DNA of 64,000 nucleotides from Cyanobacteriota bacterium (lineage in GTDB: Bacteria > Cyanobacteriota > Cyanobacteriia > Cyanobacteriales > Nostocaceae), in assembly GCA_046045965.1 (NCBI GenBank), contig JBJOKS010000027.1, positions 9,035-73,034 on the forward strand, in the 5' to 3' direction. Of this stretch, positions 24,874 through 34,961 are shown in pieces. Under the pieces are notes generated by a model. That model had not been told where the DNA came from, did no database searches, and saw nothing but the letters and a program-made list of their open reading frames with translations. How positions within the stretch are numbered: position 1 is the stretch's first letter; each line of letters starts with the position of its first letter. The translations under genes were made by a program, and so were the position numbers.

Positions 24874-25015
24874 AATAAATATGTAATGTCCAGTCCCCAG
24901 CTTATTCAAGAAGTTGGGGATTTTTTGATTCTATTTTATGCTAATTATACTGTTTCTGAGTGAGAGTTTTGAAATCAATAGATATTCATTAGAGGATGTT
25001 TACTGATCAAACAGT

Positions 25016-27061
25016 ATGATGCAAAAGCTAAATCATCTTTGTAATTTCCTAAAAGCAAATAATACCTGCTTGTGGGGTGGGCATATTGACCGCGCAAAAA
25101 CCCTGTTAAAACTGACTATTTCTTTAATTGTTTGTATTTTTCTAACCCTGGAATTTCCTCATATTGCATTTGCTCAAGAATCATTTATTACCCATCCTCT
25201 CAACCCCTTAACAGAAACAGAAATTACCACCGCAGTAGAGGTATTAAAACGGGAAAAAAAATTAAGCGAGACAGCATTTTTTCCCATGATAAAATTACAA
25301 GAACCAGATAAAAAGGAAGTTTTGAATTTTCAAACTGGTCAAAAATTTCCCCGGCAGGTTTTTTTGCAAATTTATGAACGCGAACTCAACAAAACCTTTA
25401 CAGGAACAGTTGAATTAACAACAAAAACCCTAACTTCTTGGCAAGAAATACCTGATGTTCAACCTGCTATTTTACCCCTAGATTATGAAATAGCCAAAGA
25501 TGTAGTTAAAGCTGATCCAAGATGGCAAAAAGCCATGATAAAAAGAGGAATTAAAGATTTTAATCAAGTACAAATAAGTTGTTGGGGAGCAGGAATACTA
25601 AGTAAAGAAGAAGCAAAAAATGGTCATCGTCTTTGTCGTGTATTATCCTATTATCAAGGTAAACACTGGAATTATTTTTCTCGTCCCATCGAAGGTATTT
25701 TAGTTACAGTTGATTTAAATAAAGAAGAAGTTTCTAGTTTTGTGGATAATGGTGTAATTCCTATTTCTCAAGAAAACTGGGACTATGACATTCAAGCTTT
25801 CAGTACATTAACACCACCACCTAAACCATTAAAAATTATTCAACCAGAAGGTAAAACCTTCAAAATTCAAGGTAATGAAATTACTTGGCAAGGTTGGCAA
25901 TTTCGTTATTTAATGCACCCCCGTGAAGGGTTAGTTTTGTATCTGGTTAAATATAATGATGGCGAAAAAATTAGACCAGTTTTATATCGTGCCAGTCTTT
26001 CAGAAATGGCAGTTCCTTATGGTGATCCTCATCCAAATTGGTCATTTCGTAACGCCTTTGATGTGGGAGAATACAATATAGGTTTATTGGCAAACAAACT
26101 AGAATTAGGTCATGAAATTCCTGAAAATGGCGTTTTATTAAATGCCACATTTGCTAATGGTGAAGGAGAACCTTATACCATGCCTGGAGTAATTGGTATT
26201 TATGAAAGAGATAACGGCGTACTCTGGAAACATTTTAATTACAACAGGCAAAAAAATTATATTCGTCGTAATCGTGAATTAGTCATGAAAATGATTACAA
26301 CAGTTGATAACTATGATTATAGTTTGAATTGGATATTTCATCAAGATGGAACTTTAGAAATTGAAAATGAATTATCTGGAATTGTGTTAGCACAAGGAAC
26401 ATCTGACGAAAAACAATCTAGCAATTCTTTAGGACGTTTATTAGCTAAAAATATATTTGGTGTTAATCATCAGCACTTTTTCAATTATCGCCTAGATTTA
26501 GACATTGATGGACAAAATAATAATGTCATGGAAATGAATGTTAATTCTGTACCTATCAGTGAAAACAATCCTTTAGGAAATACCATCATCGTTGAGGATA
26601 CATTATTAAAAACAGAAACCGCAGCAGTGCGTGATGCAGATATTAAACACAGTCGAGAATGGATGATAGCTAGTGCAGATAAAAAGAATCATTTAGGGGT
26701 TGCACCTGCATATATGTTAATGCCAGGAGGAAATACAATTTTGTATGCAGTAGAAGGTGCAAAGATTAGAGAAAAAGCTGGTTTTGCAAATCATCATTTT
26801 TGGGTGACAAAATATAAACCTAGTGAAATGTATGCAGGTGGTGATTATCCTAATCAAACATCATCAGGAGAGGGTTTACCTAAATATATTGCTGATCATG
26901 AATCTTTAGAAAATGAAGATTTAGTTGTGTGGTACACAATGGGTATGACTCACGTTCCTCGTCCAGAAGATTGGCCTGTAATGCCACGACATCAAGTAAG
27001 TTTTAAACTCATGCCCAGAGGGTTTTTTAAGAGAAATCCAGCAATTAATTTAGGTGAGTAG
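25016..27061 (+). CDS. Copper-containing primary amine oxidase (TPQ)
   Basis: HPLNPLT, TVDNYDY (TPQ site), NHQH and THVPRPEDWP copper ligands; signal-like segment ending AFA. Confidence 0.92.
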   Translation: MMQKLNHLCNFLKANNTCLWGGHIDRAKTLLKLTISLIVCIFLTLEFPHIAFAQESFITHPLNPLTETEITTAVEVLKREKKLSETAFFPMIKLQEPDKKEVLNFQTGQKFPRQVFLQIYERELNKTFTGTVELTTKTLTSWQEIPDVQPAILPLDYEIAKDVVKADPRWQKAMIKRGIKDFNQVQISCWGAGILSKEEAKNGHRLCRVLSYYQGKHWNYFSRPIEGILVTVDLNKEEVSSFVDNGVIPISQENWDYDIQAFSTLTPPPKPLKIIQPEGKTFKIQGNEITWQGWQFRYLMHPREGLVLYLVKYNDGEKIRPVLYRASLSEMAVPYGDPHPNWSFRNAFDVGEYNIGLLANKLELGHEIPENGVLLNATFANGEGEPYTMPGVIGIYERDNGVLWKHFNYNRQKNYIRRNRELVMKMITTVDNYDYSLNWIFHQDGTLEIENELSGIVLAQGTSDEKQSSNSLGRLLAKNIFGVNHQHFFNYRLDLDIDGQNNNVMEMNVNSVPISENNPLGNTIIVEDTLLKTETAAVRDADIKHSREWMIASADKKNHLGVAPAYMLMPGGNTILYAVEGAKIREKAGFANHHFWVTKYKPSEMYAGGDYPNQTSSGEGLPKYIADHESLENEDLVVWYTMGMTHVPRPEDWPVMPRHQVSFKLMPRGFFKRNPAINLGE

Positions 27062-27222
27062 TTACTTCTCGTTACCTGTCTCTGACAGGTAATGAAATAT
27101 ATGAGGCTCTGCCTCAAATAAAAATATTACACTTTACTACAAACTTAGACAATAGGTAAAATTATACAGTATGATTTTTAATCACAAGGTGCAAAATAAT
27201 CTTGCTTTTTCGGGTATTAATT

Positions 27223-29724
27223 ATGGTCAATCAGCTATTTTATGGCGATACTATAGAAGTATTTCCGAAACACATCACAGACTCCACAGATATAAATAGG
27301 GTAAATTTATCCTCAAAATTGAACCAAAAAAAAAGAAGTGAATTGGGTCAGTTTTTAACTCCTGCGACAGTTGCTAGGTTTATGGCGGGACAATTTAGCA
27401 ATTTATCTGGTAATATTAGTCTTCTAGATCCAGGAGCAGGGGTTGGGGTATTAACCGCCGCTTTTGTAGAACAATTATTGATAAACTCTGATCAAGTTGA
27501 GAGTTGTTTCATCACAGTTTATGAAGTAGAAGCAACCTTTATACCCTATTTAGAAGAATGTCTTAAACAGTGTTGTCAAGCCTTAAAAAATAGAGGAATC
27601 AAAGCAGATTATTGTTTAAGAAATGAAAGCTTTATTGGAAGTATTACAGAAAACAACTTACCACTTTTTAATACTTATCCTGAGAATTTTACTCATGCAA
27701 TTTTAAATCCACCTTATAAAAAAATAAACAGTAAATCAATCGAGAAAACAATATTGTCAAAGCTGGGAATTGAAACGGTAAATTTATATAGTGCATTTGT
27801 TTGGCTGACCATGTTACAGCTTGCTCAAGATGGCGAAATAGTTGCAATTACTCCTAGAAGCTTCTGTAATGGTGCTTATTTCCGTCCCTTTCGTCAAGCT
27901 TTTTTACAAGAAATGTCACTTCAAAAAATTCATGTTTTTGAGAGTCGCGCAGTAGCTTTTTCTGAAGATAATGTTTTACAAGAAAATATTATTTTTCATG
28001 CAGCAAAAACAGAAGTTAAACCTAAAGTTATAGAAATAAGTATTAATTCGGAACAAGAGTTAGATAAATTTTCAGAAATGAGAATTGTTCCCTATAACCA
28101 AGTTATTGAAACAAATGATTCTGAGATGTTTATCCATATTGTCACAAACTCTCTTGAAGATGCTGTAAAAGTGCAAATGGATAAATTTCCATCTACCTTA
28201 GAAGAACTTGGTTTAGAAATTTCAACTGGTTCAGTTGTAGATTTTCGTCTTAAATCTGCTTTGAGAAATTGCTTGGATGAGCAAAGTGTTCCCTTAATTT
28301 ACCCAGAATCTATCAAACCAGGAAAAGTTTTGTTTCCTCCCACAAAACCGAAAAAATCAATTGCTATTGAAAAAAATCCAGAAACACAAAAATGGTTAAT
28401 TCCATCGGGTTGTTATGTTTTAGTCAAACGGTTTTCTGCTAAGGAAGAAAAACGCCGTGTTGTTGCTGCTGTCTGTTCTCCTATGGATGCACATGCACTT
28501 GGTATAGAGAATCATCTTAACTATTATCATGCTAGAGGAAAGGGAATGAATCCTGACCTAGCAAAAGGTTTAACAGCATTTCTCAATTCAACTTTATTTG
28601 ATCACTACTTTCGGTTGTTTAGTGGTAATACACAAGTTAATTCTACAGACTTACGAAAAATTAAATACCCATGCAAAAATGATTTAATTAATCTGGGAAG
28701 TCAAATTAATGAATTTGTGTTTAACCAAGATGAACTTGATAATCTTGTACATAAAAATCTATCAATTATGAGTGAAACAATCAACGCAATTCAAGCCAGT
28801 AAACGCATTCAAGAAGCACTTATTATTCTCAAACAAATTTCCGCACCAAAAGAACAGCAAAACGAAAGATCCGCACTGTGCTTACTCGCATTAGCAGATA
28901 TTCGACCAGAAACTCCTTGGAATCAAGCGACAGCACCCAAACGCAGAATTACTGAAATGATGGATTGGTTTCGTGATTTTTATGGAAAACAATACGCACC
29001 AAATACACGAGAAACAGTAAGAAGACAAACAATGCACCAGTTTGTACAAATGGGTTTAGTGGTGGAAAATCCAGATCAACCAAACCGACCAATTAATAGT
29101 CCTAAATGGTGTTATCAACTTCAGCAACAAGCACTTTCACTGATACAATCATACAACTCTGAAGAGTGGGAAGAATATCGTCGTAATTATGCTATTTCTG
29201 TCAAAAATTTATTGCATGATAGAACTAGAAATATACCAACAATTCCTTTTATCTTACCCAATGGACAAGCAATTTATCTATCATCAGGTGGACAAAATAA
29301 TTTAATCAAAGACATTTTAGAAAATTTTTGTCCGAGATTTACACCAGGAGGTTTGGTTCTCTATGTAGGTGATGCTGGAGACAAATTCATCATTAATGAA
29401 ACTCAGAAATTTAGAGATATGGGAATTGAGTTAAATCCTCATGGTAAAATGCCAGATGTTGTAGTTTATTATCAACAACAAGACTGGCTAATATTAATAG
29501 AAGCTGTAACCAGTCATGGACCAGTTAACCTAAAACGACACAATGAATTAAAGCAACTGTTTCAGTCAAGTAGTAAGGGGTTAGTGTTCATGACTGCTTT
29601 TCCCAGTCGCAAGGAAATGACTCGGTATCTAGCTGAGATTTCTTGGGAAACAGAAGTTTGGGTTGCAGATCAACCAGATCATTTAATTCATTTTAACGGA
29701 GAGAGATTTCTAGGTCCCTACTAA
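27223..29724 (+). CDS. Fused N6-adenine DNA methyltransferase plus BsuBI/PstI-family restriction endonuclease
   Basis: GQFLTP, LLDPGAGVG, NPPY; then YAPNTRETVRRQ, HGKMPDVV, IEAVTSHGP, ISWETEVW, HFNGERFLGPY in one frame. Confidence 0.88.
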   Translation: MVNQLFYGDTIEVFPKHITDSTDINRVNLSSKLNQKKRSELGQFLTPATVARFMAGQFSNLSGNISLLDPGAGVGVLTAAFVEQLLINSDQVESCFITVYEVEATFIPYLEECLKQCCQALKNRGIKADYCLRNESFIGSITENNLPLFNTYPENFTHAILNPPYKKINSKSIEKTILSKLGIETVNLYSAFVWLTMLQLAQDGEIVAITPRSFCNGAYFRPFRQAFLQEMSLQKIHVFESRAVAFSEDNVLQENIIFHAAKTEVKPKVIEISINSEQELDKFSEMRIVPYNQVIETNDSEMFIHIVTNSLEDAVKVQMDKFPSTLEELGLEISTGSVVDFRLKSALRNCLDEQSVPLIYPESIKPGKVLFPPTKPKKSIAIEKNPETQKWLIPSGCYVLVKRFSAKEEKRRVVAAVCSPMDAHALGIENHLNYYHARGKGMNPDLAKGLTAFLNSTLFDHYFRLFSGNTQVNSTDLRKIKYPCKNDLINLGSQINEFVFNQDELDNLVHKNLSIMSETINAIQASKRIQEALIILKQISAPKEQQNERSALCLLALADIRPETPWNQATAPKRRITEMMDWFRDFYGKQYAPNTRETVRRQTMHQFVQMGLVVENPDQPNRPINSPKWCYQLQQQALSLIQSYNSEEWEEYRRNYAISVKNLLHDRTRNIPTIPFILPNGQAIYLSSGGQNNLIKDILENFCPRFTPGGLVLYVGDAGDKFIINETQKFRDMGIELNPHGKMPDVVVYYQQQDWLILIEAVTSHGPVNLKRHNELKQLFQSSSKGLVFMTAFPSRKEMTRYLAEISWETEVWVADQPDHLIHFNGERFLGPY

Positions 29725-29778
29725 AATCGGGAAGATTATTTTGTAAATTTTCGTGAGGTCAATAAATCTTTATATTTA

Positions 29779-29953
29779 GAGGTTGTCTTAAAAGTCTTCG
29801 GCGAATATAATAGAGCCTCCGGCACGCTTCGCGAACGCTACTACACAAGCGAAGTCCACCTGCGTGGACTAATGAAAAATCAAGGGTTTGAAACCCACGA
29901 AGGTGGGTTTTGTCTGTGTAGCTGTGACTTCTAGTCGCTTTTCAAACATCCTC
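29779..29953. mobile_element. MITE-like element with TTA target duplication
   Basis: TTA|GAGGTTGTCTTAAAAG ... CTTTTCAAACATCCTC|TTA; internal REP-like hairpins. Confidence 0.7.
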
Positions 29954-30218
29954 TTAACATTGAAAAAAAAACTTAATAAAATTTGTTTTCAAAACATTAA
30001 GATTTATTTGTTTTAAACAACAATAATTCTTCGGAATTAATAGCTATAATCCTTACTATAACTAGGTTTAGACGATTATTTTCTAGCCTAATCAGCAAAT
30101 ATTCCTATTTTTTATTTTCTGCATATTTTGAGAGAATCAAAAGCGACTTAATAATCAAGCACTTATTGTCCAAATCTATTGGACTACGTTAATTTCAATT
30201 TTACTGGGAGAAGACCGA

Positions 30219-31745
30219 ATGAAATTGGCTTACTGGATGTATGCAGGACCAGCTCACATTGGTACTTTGCGTGTAGCAAGTTCTTTTAAAAACGTTCACG
30301 CCATTATGCACGCTCCCTTGGGGGATGATTATTTTAATGTGATGCGTTCTATGCTATCGCGGGAAAGAAACTTCACCCCAGTTACCACCAGCGTCGTTGA
30401 CAGAAACGTTTTAGCGCGTGGTTCTCAGGAAAAGGTGGTAGATAACATTACCCGCAAGGATGCGGAAGAACACCCAGATTTAATTGTTTTAACCCCCACC
30501 TGCACCTCTAGCATTTTGCAAGAAGACTTACACAACTTTGTGGAAAGAGCGCAGTTGGAAGCAAAAGGGGACGTAATGCTGGCGGATGTGAACCATTACC
30601 GCTACAATGAATTACAAGCCGCAGACCGGACTTTACAACAAATTGTCCAATACTACATTGAGAAAGCCCGCAAAAAAGGGGAATTACCAACAGAAAAAAC
30701 TGCGAAACCCTCAGTTAACATTATCGGGGTTTCTACTCTGGGTTTCCATAATAACCACGATGTCACTGAACTGAAGCGGTTAATGACTGATTTGGGAATT
30801 GAGGTAAATACTGTAATTCCTGAAGGTGCGTCTGTTCACGAGTTAAAAAATATGCCTCAAGCTTGGTTTAACCTGACTCCTTACCGGGAACTGGGGTTAA
30901 CTACAGCTAAATATTTAGAAGAAGAATTCGGTACACCTTACGTAGATATTACACCGATGGGTGTTGTGGAAACTGCTAGATGTATCCGCAAAATTCAGCA
31001 GGTAATTAATGCCCAAGGTGCTGAAGTTGACTATGAAGAGTTCATCAATGAACAAACTCTGCACGTATCCCAAGCTGCTTGGTTTTCCCGTTCTATTGAC
31101 TGTCAGAACTTGACTGGTAAGAAAGCGGTGGTTTTTGGTGATAATACCCATGCGGCGGCTTTAACGAAAATTTTATCACGGGAAATGGGAATTCATGTGG
31201 TTTGGGCTGGTACTTATTGCAAATATGATGCTGACTGGTTTAGAGAACAGGTGAGCGAATATTGCGATGAAGTATTAATTACAGATGATCATGGTGCTAT
31301 TGGGGATGCGATCGCTCGCGTTGAACCTTCTGCTATATTTGGTACACAGATGGAACGCCACGTTGGAAAACGTTTGGATATTCCTTGCGGTGTAATTGCA
31401 GCACCTATTCACGTGCAGAATTTCCCCATTGGTTACAAACCATTTATGGGTTATGAAGGTACAAATCAAATCACAGATTTAATCTACAATTCCTTCACTT
31501 TGGGAATGGAAGATCACTTATTAGAAATCTTTGGTGGACACGATACAAAGGAAGTAATTACCAAAGGAATTTCTGCGGAATCTGGTTTGAATTGGACAAA
31601 AGATGGACAAGCAGAATTGAATAAAATTCCTGGTTTTGTGCGCGGGAAGGTGAAGCGAAATACCGAAAAGTTTGCCCGTGAGCGTGGGTTTAAAGATATC
31701 TCGGCTGAAGTTTTGTATGCAGCTAAGGAATCTGTAGGGGCGTAG
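30219..31745 (+). CDS. chlB: Light-independent protochlorophyllide reductase subunit B
   Basis: [31 protein letters not shown]-terminal PCP_red [10 protein letters not shown]. Confidence 0.98.
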   Translation: MKLAYWMYAGPAHIGTLRVASSFKNVHAIMHAPLGDDYFNVMRSMLSRERNFTPVTTSVVDRNVLARGSQEKVVDNITRKDAEEHPDLIVLTPTCTSSILQEDLHNFVERAQLEAKGDVMLADVNHYRYNELQAADRTLQQIVQYYIEKARKKGELPTEKTAKPSVNIIGVSTLGFHNNHDVTELKRLMTDLGIEVNTVIPEGASVHELKNMPQAWFNLTPYRELGLTTAKYLEEEFGTPYVDITPMGVVETARCIRKIQQVINAQGAEVDYEEFINEQTLHVSQAAWFSRSIDCQNLTGKKAVVFGDNTHAAALTKILSREMGIHVVWAGTYCKYDADWFREQVSEYCDEVLITDDHGAIGDAIARVEPSAIFGTQMERHVGKRLDIPCGVIAAPIHVQNFPIGYKPFMGYEGTNQITDLIYNSFTLGMEDHLLEIFGGHDTKEVITKGISAESGLNWTKDGQAELNKIPGFVRGKVKRNTEKFARERGFKDISAEVLYAAKESVGA

Positions 31746-31864
31746 GTTTGCGGGGTTACTTAATAAGAGTGAGTGGTGAGGGGTAAGATTTACTCTTCAC
31801 TACTTTTCTAAGTCTGTCATTTCATGTATAATATATGTCTACTATCTTATCGCTAAACTAAATC

Positions 31865-32665
31865 ATGATTTATATTTCCATTTCTGGTTTTACCGAAGAT
31901 TTTGAAAAAATTTCTTCTTTAAGCAAGTCAGCTTTTGAACAAGAAGGAATAGAAGCTGATATTGAATTTAAGCAATTAAGATTAGATAGTTTTAAGAGCG
32001 ATTTAATTAATATTCTCCAAATTGGAGTAGATAAAGCAGTAGGCGTTGCACCACTAATCACGGCTATTGCAGCGGTAATTAATGCTGCTGTTAGCGTACT
32101 GAAGTTTCAAGAAGATAAAAAGTCTTTAAAGCAATTACCAAATGGTACTCAGAAACTATCTTTAAATATAAGAACAAGTTCTGGTACAGACTTAGAACTA
32201 AAAATTTCTGGAGAAATAACGGATAAAGAGATTAGCGATTATCTACACGCAGTTGGAGATGTAATTGATAAAAATAGTTCTACATTAGAACTTAGTATTA
32301 AACAAGTAAATTCAGTATTCAGCGACTTAATTTTAAAAACAAAAAATATAAAGATAATGCTCATGAAAGAAGAGCGAATAGAGGGGGGAATAAAATGTAC
32401 TATTGAATTCAAGTCAACCAATATTTTAGAGCTTCTTGCATCAGGTGAGGATATTTTCTATTTACCAACTCAAGATATTAAAGAGTGCTACGCCACTTTT
32501 GAATTACTGGAAAAAGGAAATATATTGTCTTTATATATTCCACAACCTGAAGATATCAGATGTTTAGATAAAGATAATTTAATTGTGAAATATAAAATTA
32601 AAAAGTTATCTAAATTCGATACGATATTCAGTGATACATCCTTTTTATTTTGCCAAGACCACTGA
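31865..32665 (+). CDS. AT-rich hypothetical protein
   Basis: 266-aa open frame with one hydrophobic helix; no confident family. Confidence 0.65.
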   Translation: MIYISISGFTEDFEKISSLSKSAFEQEGIEADIEFKQLRLDSFKSDLINILQIGVDKAVGVAPLITAIAAVINAAVSVLKFQEDKKSLKQLPNGTQKLSLNIRTSSGTDLELKISGEITDKEISDYLHAVGDVIDKNSSTLELSIKQVNSVFSDLILKTKNIKIMLMKEERIEGGIKCTIEFKSTNILELLASGEDIFYLPTQDIKECYATFELLEKGNILSLYIPQPEDIRCLDKDNLIVKYKIKKLSKFDTIFSDTSFLFCQDH

Positions 32666-32668
32666 ACA

Positions 32669-32920
32669 ATGAAAACATCAGCCTTATTCCAATGGGTAGA
32701 ACTAAAGCAAGATGTTCCTAACAGCCTTGTCAAAGCTGGTAATAAGGGCGTTGTCTTAGATCATCTCAATCCTACTACAACCCAGCAAGAACCAGGATAT
32801 ATTTTAGAAGTTTTTGAAGATGGTGAAACTCTAGATGTTGTTTATGTTCCTATTTCCTGGGTTAACCCCTTACCTGAAACTTGGGGAAGTGTTGAATATA
32901 ATACTAAACAGACAGTTTAA
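32669..32920 (+). CDS. DUF4926-like small protein
   Basis: LFQWVELKQDVP, GVVLD, GYILEVF, TLDVV pattern. Confidence 0.7.
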   Translation: MKTSALFQWVELKQDVPNSLVKAGNKGVVLDHLNPTTTQQEPGYILEVFEDGETLDVVYVPISWVNPLPETWGSVEYNTKQTV

Positions 32921-32964
32921 AACCGCCTCAGAATGAATTCTGAGTCTAATAGCAAAAGTCGTCT

Positions 32965-33123
32965 CAAGACGACTAAAATAATCTTTGAGTCCGTTTTAAC
33001 GGACTTCGGCTATTAGACTGGGAATTAATTCCCAGACGGATTAGAAAGCTAACTGATAATATTAAAAAATATCAGCTACAGCATGAGGAAAAATCCCACC
33101 ATGTCCAACCAAACAAACTTAAC
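32965..33123 (+). repeat. 159-bp direct repeat copy 1 (REP hairpins, TA promoter, yefM start)
   Basis: Near-identical to 33701-33859. Confidence 0.92.
33053..33075. promoter_or_regulatory. Inverted repeat CTGATA-N11-TATCAG, candidate TA operator
   Basis: Palindrome just upstream of the antitoxin start; duplicated in the second repeat copy. Confidence 0.45.
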
Positions 33124-33394
33124 AGATGCTAGTAATAACCTAGCTGAAATCTGCGCTCAAGTAGTTGCAGATAGAGAAGTAATGATTATTACCCAACCTG
33201 ACGGTGAAAACGTCGCCTTAATTGCTGCTGACGAATTAGAAAGTTTATTAGAAACAACTCATTTACTGCGATCGCCTAAAAATGCAGCACGTCTTTTAAC
33301 TGCTTTAGAAAGAGCGAAAGCCAGAACTTTAAAACCGCAAAATATTAACGAACTACGTCAGGAGTTGGGAATTGACCAAAAAGAAGAAGGATGA
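33101..33394 (+). CDS. Phd/YefM family antitoxin
   Basis: ASNNLAEIC, ELESLLETTHLLRSPKNAARL; overlaps the toxin start. Confidence 0.9.
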   Translation: MSNQTNLTDASNNLAEICAQVVADREVMIITQPDGENVALIAADELESLLETTHLLRSPKNAARLLTALERAKARTLKPQNINELRQELGIDQKEEG

Positions 33395-33674
33395 ATCAAA
33401 ACCCGCAGAAATTAAAATTCGGGATGCTGTATTTCATCCAGAATTTCGGGAAGATTTAGCTTATTGGGTAGAGACAAACCGTAAAACTGCGCTGCGTGCT
33501 TTTAATTTAATTGAAGCAATTATGCGAGATCCTTTTACTGGTATTGGAAAACCAGAACCTCTGAAATATTTAGATTCAGATGCGTGGTCACGACGACTTA
33601 CCCAAGAACATCGAATTGTTTATCTAGTTAGTGATGACAGGATTGATTTTCTCCAAGCTAGATTTCATTATTGA
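33372..33674 (+). CDS. Txe/YoeB family toxin
   Basis: DPFTGIGKPEPLKY, WSRRLTQEHRIVY, C-terminal RFHY. Confidence 0.93.
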   Translation: MTKKKKDESKPAEIKIRDAVFHPEFREDLAYWVETNRKTALRAFNLIEAIMRDPFTGIGKPEPLKYLDSDAWSRRLTQEHRIVYLVSDDRIDFLQARFHY

Positions 33675-33700
33675 AACTTGGGGAACTGTTGAACATGAAA

Positions 33701-33859
33701 CAAGACGACTAGAATAATATTTGAGTCCGTTTTAACGGACTTCGGCTATTAGACTGGGAATTGATTCCCAGACGGGTTAGAAAGCTAACTGATAATATTA
33801 AAAAATATCAGCCACAGCATGAGGAAAAATCCCACCATGTCCAACCAAACAAACTTAAC
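33701..33859 (+). repeat. 159-bp direct repeat copy 2 (ends after the first ~7 yefM codons)
   Basis: Matches 32965-33123 with about 5 substitutions. Confidence 0.92.
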
Positions 33860-33937
33860 TGAGTTTAATATATTTAATTGTTGAATAAGACAGCAAAGGT
33901 TATAATTAAGAATATTTATCCTGTTAAAAATTCGGCT

Positions 33938-34258
33938 ATGAATCAGCAATTAGTTGATTCCCTTGTGCAAGTAATTGAGGCGCTTTCCCCAGAAGAAAGA
34001 AAACTTTTAGAAAGTCGTCTCAAACTCAATGCTATACAGCAAACACCGGGAATTTGTGGTGGTCATCCTCGGATTCGTAATACACGCATTCCCGTGTGGA
34101 CTTTGGTTTCCTTTCGACAGCAAGGAGCGAATGATGCAGAACTGCTACAAAATTATCCTAGTCTCACACCTGAAGACCTGATAGCAGCTTGGAACTATTA
34201 CGAACAAAATCGTTCAGAAATTGATCTCGCTATCACTACCCAAAATGAGGATGACTGA
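33938..34258 (+). CDS. DUF433 antitoxin-like protein
   Basis: TPGICGGHPRIRNTRIPV, LLQNYPSL, AAWNYY. Confidence 0.9.
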   Translation: MNQQLVDSLVQVIEALSPEERKLLESRLKLNAIQQTPGICGGHPRIRNTRIPVWTLVSFRQQGANDAELLQNYPSLTPEDLIAAWNYYEQNRSEIDLAITTQNEDD

Positions 34259-34260
34259 TA

Positions 34261-34644
34261 GTGAGACTGTATTCTGATGAAAACTTTCCTCTAGAAATTG
34301 TGCGACAATTGCGGCAGATTAAATATGATGTACTTACTTCCTATGAAGCAGGACAGGCGAATCAAGGAATTCCAGATGATGAAGTTTTAGCATTTGCGAC
34401 TCAAGAAAAACGAGTTTTACTCACACTAAATCGAGATGATTTTATTGCACTTCATCGCACAGGAATTTCTCACACTGGCATGATTATCTGTAAAGATGAT
34501 CGGGATTATTTAGGACAAGCTTAAATACTCCATAATTGCCTGAGTGAAAATCTAGATTTTGCTAATCGACTAATGAGGATTAAACAAAATAATCAACCAA
34601 AATCTAGCATTCAGATTTTCATTTATCAAGAATATACAAGATAA
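34261..34644 (+). pseudogene. DUF5615/PIN-like toxin with internal nonsense codon
   Basis: LYSDEN, IPDDEV, LLTLNRDDF; TAA at 34522-34524 followed by 39 more sense codons to TAA at 34642-34644. Confidence 0.75.
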
Positions 34645-34773
34645 ATGATTATTACCCAACCTAACGGTGAAAATGTCGCCCTTATCGCTGCTGATGAATT
34701 AGAAAGTTTATTAGAAACAACTCATTTACTGAGTTCCCAAAAAAAATGCAGCACGTCTTTTAGCTGCTTTAGA
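34645..34773 (+). pseudogene. 3' remnant of a second yefM copy (frameshifted)
   Basis: Aligns to 33182-33309 (MIITQPNGENVALIAADELESLLETTHLL) with extra As in the poly-A run. Confidence 0.88.
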
Positions 34774-34961
34774 CATTGTTAGTATTCCCAGTTAGAGTTG
34801 CGATCTATCATCCCAGTATACTACCTCAACATGAATTCTCAGGCTAATAAAACAGTCGTATCAAGACGATTTGACTAAGATTTCTGGGAACATCCAAATT
34901 TATGCGGTGAAAAATAGTATACTTTCCTCGGTTCTTATATTAGCCATCTTGGCAACATTAT

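Noticed and set aside
32923..33040. Hairpins resembling integron attC sites around the TA genes
   Set aside because: No integrase in the window and no clear RYYYAAC/GTTRRRY pairing; they fit common cyanobacterial REP-like repeats
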